Assembly (NCBI GenBank): GCA_004299275.1
Contig: SCSU01000061.1
Span: 1-58,579, forward strand
Source of the DNA: Patescibacteria group bacterium
GTDB taxonomy: Bacteria; Patescibacteriota; Patescibacteriia; 2-12-FULL-57-11
Length of the DNA: 58,579 nt
Direction: 5' to 3'
Shown: positions 40,882 through 50,965 of the stretch, one piece after another
How positions within the stretch are numbered: position 1 is the first letter of the stretch
Layout: each line of letters begins with the position of its first letter
Made by a program: the position numbers and the translations under genes
The notes under the pieces: model-generated
The model's input: only the letters and a program-made list of their open reading frames with translations
What the model was told of the DNA's origin: nothing
Database searches by the model: none

Positions 40882-42147
40882 ATGAATTCGTTTGTTTTCC
40901 TGCGCGAGTGGGGGACAATTCTGCTGGTGTTCCTCCTCCCCTGGCAGGCGCGCTGGATTGCGCGCGAGGGTTGGCGTCCGATTGATGGCGCGAAACTTCC
41001 TTGGCTGACACTTTCTCTCTATGCCACCGAAGTTCTGGTCGGCCTGCTTATAATCTTCGCGTTGGCGGACCGTGATTTTCGCCTTCGTCTCCGTTCGCGC
41101 CTGCCAAGGTTGATTATCTACCCTTTGGCGCTGATAGTTTTATTTTCTTTATTATCAATTTTCTGGTCGGCTGACCGCGACTTGGCGCTGCAAAAAAGCG
41201 TTCAGCTCATTTTGGCCTTGTCCGTTCTGCCGCTTTGCATTGCGCACCAAAAACCGAAAAATTTGGTCAGCGCTTTTCTCCTTTCGGCCGGTGTTCAGGC
41301 GTTCCTCGGCGCGGCCCAGTCGCTCGCGGGCTTTTCGCCGGCTTCCACTTGGCTCGGCGTGTCGCGCCAGAGCGGCGAGCTCGCGGCCTCGGTCGCCGAG
41401 GGCGGCGACTTGCGGGTGCTCCGCGCTTACGGCACTCTGCCGCACCCCAACATCCTCGGCGGCTATCTCGCGGCGGCGATACTCCTCGCTCTCGTCCGCT
41501 ACCGCGAGGCAGTTAGCCGCAATCAACGGATATTTTTCATCGTTTTTCTTTCGCTGCTTTTCTTCGCCCTGTTTTTCACTTTCTCCCGCAGCGCCTGGCT
41601 GGCCGTCTCCCTCGGTTCTTTGCCGCTCCTTTACGCGCTGGTCAAAGAACGCGCCGGCGCGCATCTGCTTTTGCCCTTGGCGCTAGTGCCCGCGCTTTTG
41701 GCCGCCATCGTTTTTGCGCCGGTGGTCGCCGGCCGGCTCACCGGCGCGGGGCGGCTCGAGGTTCGTTCCACCAAAGAGAGAGTCACCTCCCTCGCCGACG
41801 GTTTCGCCGTCTTTATGGGGAGCGGGGGTTTAGGCGTCGGCGTCGGGCAAATAAATCCCAAAGCTTACGGTTCCCCAACAATTTCCACCGAACCGGCTCA
41901 CCTGGTGCCACTCCAGTTTGCCGCCGAACTCGGCATCATTGGTCTGTTGCTGTTCCTGTTTTTCGCTTGGCGGCTATGGCGCGCCGCCCGCGCAACCCCC
42001 CTTTCTCTTGCCCTGTTTCTGTTGTTGTCCACTGTTTCTCTTTTCGACCACTACCTCTGGACCCTCTGGGCCGGCAATCTGTTGTCCATTTTCGCAATTT
42101 TTGCGATTCTTCGGGCAAAGTCCGACCCCGCTTTTGGGGGGTCTTGA
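40882..42147 (+). CDS. O-antigen ligase/polymerase (Wzy_C) family membrane protein
   Basis: RAYGTLPHPNILG, TFSRSAW, GVG.G, H....Q..AELGIIG, FDHY. Confidence 0.88.
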   Translation: MNSFVFLREWGTILLVFLLPWQARWIAREGWRPIDGAKLPWLTLSLYATEVLVGLLIIFALADRDFRLRLRSRLPRLIIYPLALIVLFSLLSIFWSADRDLALQKSVQLILALSVLPLCIAHQKPKNLVSAFLLSAGVQAFLGAAQSLAGFSPASTWLGVSRQSGELAASVAEGGDLRVLRAYGTLPHPNILGGYLAAAILLALVRYREAVSRNQRIFFIVFLSLLFFALFFTFSRSAWLAVSLGSLPLLYALVKERAGAHLLLPLALVPALLAAIVFAPVVAGRLTGAGRLEVRSTKERVTSLADGFAVFMGSGGLGVGVGQINPKAYGSPTISTEPAHLVPLQFAAELGIIGLLLFLFFAWRLWRAARATPLSLALFLLLSTVSLFDHYLWTLWAGNLLSIFAIFAILRAKSDPAFGGS

Positions 42148-42208
42148 CATCTTTGGGGGACTGTATACAATACCCCCGCGTTTAGCACTCGCCCCATAAG
42201 AGTGCTAC
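42144..42208 (+). promoter_or_regulatory. Sigma70-type promoter plus CIRCE (HrcA operator) upstream of groES
   Basis: TTGACA (42144) and TACAAT (42166); TTAGCACTC-N9-GAGTGCTAC at 42182-42208, one mismatch to consensus. Confidence 0.9.
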
Positions 42209-42243
42209 CCGCCTTTTATTTTTCTAATTATTTTCAGCGAACT

Positions 42244-42537
42244 ATGCAGAAACTGCGTCCGCTCCATGACCGGGTAATCGTGAAGCCGATTGAGGAGGCC
42301 GAGGCCACGGTCGCCGGGATTATCCTCCCCGACACCGTGGACAAGGAGAAGCCGGAGAAAGGCGAGGTCATCGCCGTCGGCCCCGGCAAATACGAGGAGG
42401 GCAAATTTGTGCCGATGTCGGTCAAGGTCGGCGACAAAGTCGTCTTCAAAAAGTACAGTCCGGACGAGGTCAAAATCGGGGAGGTCGAATACCTGATTCT
42501 CTCCGAGTCTGACCTGATGGCGATAATTGAATCATAA
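42244..42537 (+). CDS. groES: Co-chaperonin GroES
   Basis: LRPLHDRV, GIILPD, GEVIAVGPG, VKVGD. Confidence 0.98.
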   Translation: MQKLRPLHDRVIVKPIEEAEATVAGIILPDTVDKEKPEKGEVIAVGPGKYEEGKFVPMSVKVGDKVVFKKYSPDEVKIGEVEYLILSESDLMAIIES

Positions 42538-44169
<1,632 letters not shown>

Positions 44170-44204
44170 AAAAGAGTACGTAGAACGTAGAACATAGAAC
44201 TAAA

Positions 44205-44240
44205 CACAAGATCGGATCCCACGGAGATCCGATTTTGTTT
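44205..44240 (+). terminator. Intrinsic terminator after groEL
   Basis: ACAAGATCGGATCCC ACG GAGATCCGATTTTGTTT. Confidence 0.7.
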
Positions 44241-44530
44241 GTCGCTTGGTGATAAACGCCACCCTCCGCTGATAAGCGAGCGACAAAGAAAGATTGTGGA
44301 GGATAAAAGAAAATACTAAAGTTGGCTTTGCACTAAAATTTGTTTTGCCACTGAGCGAGCTCAAATGTTGCTACGCAGTGAGTTATTGCCATGTTGCTCG
44401 GCATAAACGGGTGGAGGGGATTGGTAGGGGTGAGGAGGGGCAGCCGCCTCTCCTCACCCTTACCACCGCGTAGCCGGTTGATTATTTGTAATTTTTCGCG
44501 TACCATAGTTTTGGCGGAGATGCCTCAAAG

Positions 44531-44872
44531 ATGATTAAGCGCAGCGCGGAAAGCCAAAAGATTCACGACGACATCCGGCAGAATAAATTTTTTGCCGCCA
44601 TTGGTTATATTTGGATTCTCTGCCTCCTGCCGCTCCTCGGCCGCCAGAGCTCCAAATTCGCGCTGTTCCACGGCCGGCAGGGCTTTTTGCTTTTCGCCCT
44701 CTCGCTCGGTCTCTGGATTTTAAGCTGGTTCCCGTGGATCGGTTGGCTGATTTGGCTTGTTGGCTCGGTCATTCTGGCCGCGCTGGCTCTCTCCGGAGTC
44801 TTTTTTGCGCTCCGCGGCGAATACTGGAAGATGCCCGTCCTCGGCAGCTACGCCAAAAAAATCACCTTATAA
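44531..44872 (+). CDS. Small membrane protein (DUF4870-like)
   Basis: AAIGY, FALFHGRQG, A..G..WKMPVLG. Confidence 0.8.
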   Translation: MIKRSAESQKIHDDIRQNKFFAAIGYIWILCLLPLLGRQSSKFALFHGRQGFLLFALSLGLWILSWFPWIGWLIWLVGSVILAALALSGVFFALRGEYWKMPVLGSYAKKITL

Positions 44873-44915
44873 TTCCATCTCTCACCTCTAACACCCAACT
44901 TTTAACTTCCAATTT

Positions 44916-46050
44916 ATGAAAGACCTCCTCGTGCGTTTGGAAAATTTGTCCGAGAAAATTTCCTCCACTTGGAGGTTGCTTTGACCTAGGACGCAAGGAA
45001 AAACAGGCGGCGGCTTTGGAGGAACAGATGAGCGCGCCGGAATTTTGGCAAGACGCCGCCCGCGCCAGAAAAATTTCCGAAGAGCGCGCCGCGCTGGCCA
45101 AGGAGCTGGAAGAGTGGGGAGCGCTCCGCGCGACCGTTGCCGAATTGACGGCTCTGGTTGGCGAGTCAATAAAAACCGGCGACAGCGCTTTGGCCGAAGA
45201 GTTTGGCGCGGAAATTGAAAAATTGGAAAAACGATTTTCGGAGCTGGAATTCGCGGTGCTCTTTTCCGGAAAATACGACATGCGGGACTGCATCGTCGCT
45301 TTTCACGCCGGCACCGGCGGCACCGAGGCGATGGACTGGGCCGAGATGCTGCTCCGGATGATTCTGCGCTTTGCCGAACGCCAAGGTTTTAGCGCGCGAG
45401 TGGTTGACCTGCAGCGCGGCGGCGAGGCCGGGATTAAATCGGCCACCGTTGCTTGTGCCGGCCGCTACGCTTATGGCTGGCTCAAATCCGAGGCCGGCGT
45501 GCACCGGCTGGTGCGCATCTCGCCCTTTGACGCGGAAAAGATGCGGCATACCTCCTTCGCGTTGATTGAAGTTTTGCCGGACTTGGGCGAGCTGGCGGAA
45601 ATCGCTCTGGACCCCAAGGATTTGAAAATTGACACCTTTCTCGCTTCCGGCCACGGCGGCCAGGGCGTGCAGACGACTTACTCGGCCGTGCGCGTCACGC
45701 ACCTGCCGACCGGCATCGTGGTCTCCTGCCAGAACGAACGCAGTCAAACGCAGAATAAAGAAACCGCCTTGCGGATTATGCGCGCCAAACTCCATGCCCG
45801 CGCCGAGGCCGAGCGCCAGCGGGAAAAACAAAAGATTCGCGGCGAGTACACCTCGGCCGAATGGGGGAACCAGATTCGCTCCTACGTGCTCCAGCCCTAT
45901 CGGCTGGTCAAAGACCACCGGAGCGGCTTTGAGAGCCCGGAGACTGACGCGGTGCTGGACGGTGTGCTCGAGTCGTTTGTTGAGGCCTATCTCCGCTGGG
46001 AGCAGGCAGGGAGGCCAAAGATAAAAGGTTCAAAAGAAACAGTTGAATAA
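44916..46050 (+). CDS. prfB: Peptide chain release factor 2 with programmed +1 frameshift
   Basis: ATG at 44916 to GGAGG-TTG-CTT-TGA-C (44971-44985); the +1 frame has HRLVRISPF, GGQ, CQNERSQ, WGNQIRSY. Confidence 0.97.
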
Positions 46051-46179
46051 AACAGATAATGAAAGCCAATTTTTCCTATCTTGGCTTTAATAAATCGGGA
46101 GTTACGCCAAAAAACGCTATAGCGTTTTTTGGCGGAGTCTAGAGGAGGAATAAAATCAAAAGGATAACTAAATAAAATT

Positions 46180-47100
46180 ATGAGAATTCTAGTGACCGGT
46201 GGTGCAGGTTTCATCGGTTCCCACGTGGTGGATGCGCTCGTCTCTCGCGGACACAAAGTAACCGTGCTCGATGACCTCTCCACTGGCAAGCGGGAGAACT
46301 TGAACCGCCAAGCGGCCTTCGTCAAAGGCAAGGTTGAGACCCTCGCGGCCGAACGGCTGGTGCGCCGGCTCCGTCCCGAGGCGATTTTTAACTTCGCCGC
46401 GCAAAAGGATGTCCGTTTTTCTGTCAGCCGTCCGGCTGAAGACGCGCTCATTAACGTCGTCGGTCTGCTCCGCTTGGTCCAAGGCGCGCTGCCTCATGGC
46501 CTCAAACGGTTGGTGCTGGCTTCGACCGGCGGCGCGATTTACGGCGGCGCAAAAAAATTGCCGACGCCGGAAGATTATCCCGCTCATCCGTTTTCGCCCT
46601 ACGGCGTCTCTAAACTTGCGAGCGAGCTTTATCTCCACTCTTACCGGCACGCCGGCGGCTTGCCCGCGGTCTCGCTCCGTTTCGCCAATGTCTACGGCCC
46701 GCGCCAAGACCCGAAGAGCGAGGCCGGCGTGGTCGCCATTTTTGCCCGCCGACTGCTCCGCGGCCAGCGGCCGGTGATTACGGGCGACGGGGAGCAGTCC
46801 CGGGACTTTGTCTACATTGACGATGTCGTGCGGGCTTGCCTCGCCGCTTTGACGACGAAACATCTCGGCGTTTACAACATCGGCACCGGGGTGGAAACAA
46901 ACATCAATGAACTGGCGCGGATGCTGAATTTACTTGTTGGCAGCGAGCTCCAGCCGGTTTACGCTCCGGCAGTAGCGGGGGAAGAGCGCCGAAGCGCTCT
47001 AGCGATTGGACTGGCTAAGAAATTTCTTGGCTGGAAGCCGCGAGTGGCGCTGGCTCAGGGACTGGCCAAGACGATTGAGTGGCAGATAGCGCGTAGCTAA
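46180..47100 (+). CDS. NAD-dependent nucleotide-sugar epimerase/dehydratase (GalE-like)
   Basis: LVTGGAGFIGSH, STGGAIYG, YGVSK, NVYGPRQ, RDFVY. Confidence 0.93.
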   Translation: MRILVTGGAGFIGSHVVDALVSRGHKVTVLDDLSTGKRENLNRQAAFVKGKVETLAAERLVRRLRPEAIFNFAAQKDVRFSVSRPAEDALINVVGLLRLVQGALPHGLKRLVLASTGGAIYGGAKKLPTPEDYPAHPFSPYGVSKLASELYLHSYRHAGGLPAVSLRFANVYGPRQDPKSEAGVVAIFARRLLRGQRPVITGDGEQSRDFVYIDDVVRACLAALTTKHLGVYNIGTGVETNINELARMLNLLVGSELQPVYAPAVAGEERRSALAIGLAKKFLGWKPRVALAQGLAKTIEWQIARS

Positions 47101-47242
47101 TCGCATATCGCAAATAGCAGATAGTGAATGTTAAATTCTCCTTTTCTAAAGGGAGTACCCGAAGGGGGAGGGATTTATGAATAATAGCGAATAGCGAATA
47201 GCGAATGAAAGCGAATTCAAAGCAAATAACAGCGAATAGCAG

Positions 47243-47902
47243 ATGGCAATAACTCGTAGCAATATTCGCGCGGCGGTGGAGGTTCTTAAAAAAGGCGGGT
47301 TGGTTATTTATCCCACGGAGACTGCTTACGCCCTTGGCTGTGACAGTCGGAACCTGAGCGCTGTCCGTCGTATCTATGCGCTTAAAGGCCGTCAGCGGCA
47401 GAAACCGCTTGCGCTCATCGCCGCCGGCCTCAAAATGGTCAAACATTTTTTTCGATTCACGACTCACTATCCCGCCTTTGACGGGACCCCCCGCCTCTGG
47501 CGGGGTGGCTCACGGCTCACTCGCAAGCACTGGCCCGGCCCCTTGACGCTTGTTCTTCCAGTAAAGAATCCCCGTCTCCGACGCGCGCTTGGAGCGCGCG
47601 AGGTCGGCGTGCGCGTCTCGCCGCAGGCGGTTGCCCGAGCTCTTTCCAAATATCTCGGCGCGCCGATTGTCGCCACTTCGGCCAACCGAAGCGGTAAAGG
47701 GAATTGTTATTCAATTCGCGCGGTCCGCCGTTCCTTCGGCCTTTCACGAGATTGGACTCCGACGTTACGTCGGAGTCCAATCTCGAAAGTCGTGTTTATC
47801 CTCGACTCCGGTCATCTTCCGCGGCGGAGACCGTCAACCGTAGTCGCTTTCCGCAAAGGTAAACCAATAGTCCTCCGGCAGGGACCAATTAGGATTTCGT
47901 AA
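47243..47902 (+). CDS. tsaC: L-threonylcarbamoyladenylate synthase (Sua5/YrdC) with two in-frame repeat insertions
   Basis: PTETAYAL, LKGR...KPL, WPGPLT, VGVR, ATSANRSG, PSTVV, LRQG. Confidence 0.92.
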   Translation: MAITRSNIRAAVEVLKKGGLVIYPTETAYALGCDSRNLSAVRRIYALKGRQRQKPLALIAAGLKMVKHFFRFTTHYPAFDGTPRLWRGGSRLTRKHWPGPLTLVLPVKNPRLRRALGAREVGVRVSPQAVARALSKYLGAPIVATSANRSGKGNCYSIRAVRRSFGLSRDWTPTLRRSPISKVVFILDSGHLPRRRPSTVVAFRKGKPIVLRQGPIRIS

Positions 47903-47932
47903 TCTCGTCTTTATTCGTATTTTCGTAGCCCC

Positions 47933-49099
47933 ATGCTTCAACCCGGCGGCTCGCAAATATTCTGGAAGTACTTGGTCGCCCACCCCTCGCGTCAGGTGAG
48001 GGAACTTTTTCTTTCCACGGCGATTATGGATTTCGCCGTCGCGGCGATTACGATTTTTGAGCCGATTTACCTGTTCAAAATCGGTTTCAGCATTCCTCAA
48101 ATCATCCTTTTTTATCTAAGCATTTACGGCTTTTACTTTGTCATCCAACCCCTGGGCGGCAAAATTACCCGCTCGCGCGGCTACGAGCACGGGATTATTT
48201 TTTCCACGCCTTTTTTGATTCTTTATTATCTGTCGCTTTTTGCCATCCCTTACTCGCCGCTCTTCGCCGCGGTCGCGGTGATTGCCTTCGCCATCCAAAA
48301 AACTCTTTACTGGCCCGGGTTTCACGCCGACTTCGCCCGTTTCGGTTCGGTCGCCGAACGCGGCCGGGAATTCGGCGCGCTGGTTTTTTTGCTCTCCATC
48401 TCGGCGGTAACCGGGCCGGTTTTCGGCGGTCTCATCCTCAAATTTTTTGGCTTCCCCGCGCTTTTCGTGATTGTCTCTTTGATTATTCTGCTATCGAACA
48501 TTCCGCTTTTAACCACGCCCGAAAAGTTTAAACCGCGCGAACTTTCTTACCGCGACGCTTACAAACGGCTCTTTCGCCCCGAGCACCGGCGGCTCGTCCT
48601 CGCCCATATCGGCTATGGCGAGGAATTGTTCGCGGCAGTTCTTTGGCCGCTCATGATGTTTTCGATCATCGGTCATTTTGCCACACTAGGTTTGATCGTA
48701 ACTTTGGGGACGCTCTTTACCGCCGTCGTCGGCTTTGTCATCGGGCGGCTCACCGACACCGCCCCGCGCCGCAGCATCCTCCGATTGGGCGGAATTTTTA
48801 CGGCGCTCTCTTGGCTCACGCGTATCACCGTTGCCTCGCCGTTAGCGGTGCTCGGCATCGAGGCCATCTACCGCTCTGGACGCATGGCCCAGGCATTGCC
48901 CATGACGGCCATGACCTACGACCGCGGCCGGGAGTACTCGGTCACCAAAACCGCGCTCCTCTTCGAGATGGCCGTGGTGATCGGCAAGGCGTCGGCCGCG
49001 CTCTTCGCGCTCCTCGCTTTTATTTTCGCGCCGGATTACGCTTGGCCGATTGTCTATCTGCTCGCCGCGGCGTATACGCTGTTGTATTTGGTGTTTTAA
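47933..49099 (+). CDS. MFS-type membrane transporter
   Basis: About 12 hydrophobic segments; RGRE.G and G.LTD...RR motifs. Confidence 0.85.
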   Translation: MLQPGGSQIFWKYLVAHPSRQVRELFLSTAIMDFAVAAITIFEPIYLFKIGFSIPQIILFYLSIYGFYFVIQPLGGKITRSRGYEHGIIFSTPFLILYYLSLFAIPYSPLFAAVAVIAFAIQKTLYWPGFHADFARFGSVAERGREFGALVFLLSISAVTGPVFGGLILKFFGFPALFVIVSLIILLSNIPLLTTPEKFKPRELSYRDAYKRLFRPEHRRLVLAHIGYGEELFAAVLWPLMMFSIIGHFATLGLIVTLGTLFTAVVGFVIGRLTDTAPRRSILRLGGIFTALSWLTRITVASPLAVLGIEAIYRSGRMAQALPMTAMTYDRGREYSVTKTALLFEMAVVIGKASAALFALLAFIFAPDYAWPIVYLLAAAYTLLYLVF

Positions 49100-49181
49100 T
49101 ATGCCCGGTAGTGAAACGCCGACGGCAAGCCGGACACAGACCTTGAAGGTCTGTAAAAACGGACCTTCAAGGTCTGTGTGT

Positions 49182-49988
49182 ATGGATTTAACCGACCGTA
49201 CAGAATTGCGCGCGCTTCTTGCCCGCCACGGCATCACGCTGGCCAAAACCTACGGCCAGCATTTTTTGGTTGACCGCCGCGTGCTGGAGATGATTGTGGA
49301 AACAGCCTTCCCTATTCCCTATACCCTATTCCCTATACCCCTAGTTTTCGAGGTCGGCCCCGGCGCCGGCACGCTCACGCGTGAACTTGCGGCGCGCGCC
49401 GGGCGCGTCATCGCCGTTGAGCGCGACCCGCGTTTTTTGCCCGTGCTCGAGGAGACGCTCAGCGAGTTTGGCAATGTTCAAATCATCGAAGCCGACGCCT
49501 TAAAAATCTCCTTCAGTCAACTCACCCCTCCCTATACCCTAGACCCTAGACCCTATACCCTTGTCTCCAACCTCCCTTACGAAATCACCACGCCTTTTCT
49601 CTGGAAAATTTTGGAAGAGGAGCCGGTTGTGCCGGCGCAAGCCGTCCTCTTAATCCAAGCCGATGTCGCCGAGCGAATTCTGGCCAAGCCGCCCAAGATG
49701 AATCTGCTCGCGCTTTTGGTCCAGCTCTCGGGCGAGGTGAAACTTGTCCGCAAGGTTCCGGCTTCGGCATTTTTTCCGCCGCCGCGGGTCCAGAGCGCGA
49801 TTATTGAAATCATCCCCAGATTGGATATCCGCCAAGCGCCAAGCGCTAAGCGCCAAGCTCTTTCCTTGGCCCGCCGCGCTTTTGCCAACCCCCGCAAAAA
49901 ATTAGGCAATACTTTGGGCAATCAGGCCGGGCGTTTTGCCGCTCGCCGGCCCGGGGAGCTCGGGGTGGAGGACTGGCTGGAGTTGTGA
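49182..49988 (+). CDS. rsmA: 16S rRNA m6,2A dimethyltransferase KsgA/RsmA (an in-frame upstream ATG at 49101 adds 27 aa)
   Basis: GQHFL, EVGPGAG.LT, AVERD, NLPYEI, F.PPPRVQS, F..PRK.L. Confidence 0.95.
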   Translation: MDLTDRTELRALLARHGITLAKTYGQHFLVDRRVLEMIVETAFPIPYTLFPIPLVFEVGPGAGTLTRELAARAGRVIAVERDPRFLPVLEETLSEFGNVQIIEADALKISFSQLTPPYTLDPRPYTLVSNLPYEITTPFLWKILEEEPVVPAQAVLLIQADVAERILAKPPKMNLLALLVQLSGEVKLVRKVPASAFFPPPRVQSAIIEIIPRLDIRQAPSAKRQALSLARRAFANPRKKLGNTLGNQAGRFAARRPGELGVEDWLEL

Positions 49989-50108
49989 TTTATGCTCGCC
50001 AGAGGTTCGACCTCCTCGGGAGGTCGAACCTCGTGCTCGCCCACTTCGCTATTGCCCTGTTTTCCTTTATAATAATCTCAAACCACGCCGAGGCGTGGAT
50101 ATTCGCGT

Positions 50109-50741
50109 ATGGTTCAATCTTCCTGGTCTGATTCGCACCGTCTCTCGCTCGCCGTGCTGGCCGGCGCGACGGCGGTTATGCTCTCTTTCGGCTTTCTTTC
50201 CATTGGCCGGGCCATCCAGCGGCCTTTTGAACCCAAGGGTCCCCCCACTAAAACCTACGACGAACAGGCCAAGGAGGCGGAGCAGGCCCTCAAGGTCAAG
50301 GACACGGACGGCGATGGGCTCTCCGACTGGGATGAAATTAAAATTTATAACACCAGCGCCTATATCGCCGACACCGACTCGGACGGCAAGAGCGACGGCG
50401 AGGAAGTAAAAATGGGCGAAGACCCCAACTGCCCCGCCGGCAAAACCTGCGCGAGCTCGGCCGCCTATCTCGCTCCGCCGGCCAAAGTTGACCCCGAGGA
50501 CCTGCTTAATAATTCCGCCAATCCTTTTGAAAATATTTTCCAAAGTTCCGGCTCGGCGCTGGATGTCTCCCTGCTCGCCGCTTTTGACGCCCCCAAGATT
50601 CGCGCGCTCCTTAAGGCCTCGGGCGTCGCCCAGGACACTTTGGACAAACTCACCGACAGCCAGCTTGAAGCTATATATAAGGAAGCTCTCGCCGACCAAG
50701 TGCCGACCTCCACCGCAAAATCCGTTCTGGGAGCACAATAA
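50109..50741 (+). CDS. Membrane-anchored protein with thrombospondin type-3-like Ca-binding repeats
   Basis: TM helix; DTDGDGLSD..E and DTDSDGKSD..E; DPNCP.G..C. Confidence 0.8.
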   Translation: MVQSSWSDSHRLSLAVLAGATAVMLSFGFLSIGRAIQRPFEPKGPPTKTYDEQAKEAEQALKVKDTDGDGLSDWDEIKIYNTSAYIADTDSDGKSDGEEVKMGEDPNCPAGKTCASSAAYLAPPAKVDPEDLLNNSANPFENIFQSSGSALDVSLLAAFDAPKIRALLKASGVAQDTLDKLTDSQLEAIYKEALADQVPTSTAKSVLGAQ

Positions 50742-50965
50742 TAATGTGAGTAGTGAGTAGAACGTAGAACATAGAACGTAGTATTTATTCGTCATCTCGA
50801 CCAAGGTGGAGAGATCTCCAATTCGTCAATGCGATAAGAACTGAAGATCCCTCGACCCCGGTCCGACGTAACGTCGGACCTTCGCTCGGGATGACATCTG
50901 CTCACGACTCACGATCCCGCCTTTGGCGGGACCCCCCGCCGCTGGCGGGGTGGCTCACTACGCCA

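Noticed and set aside
44250..44480. tmRNA
   Set aside because: No tRNA-like ends or T-loop and no convincing Ala-ending tag frame on either strand.
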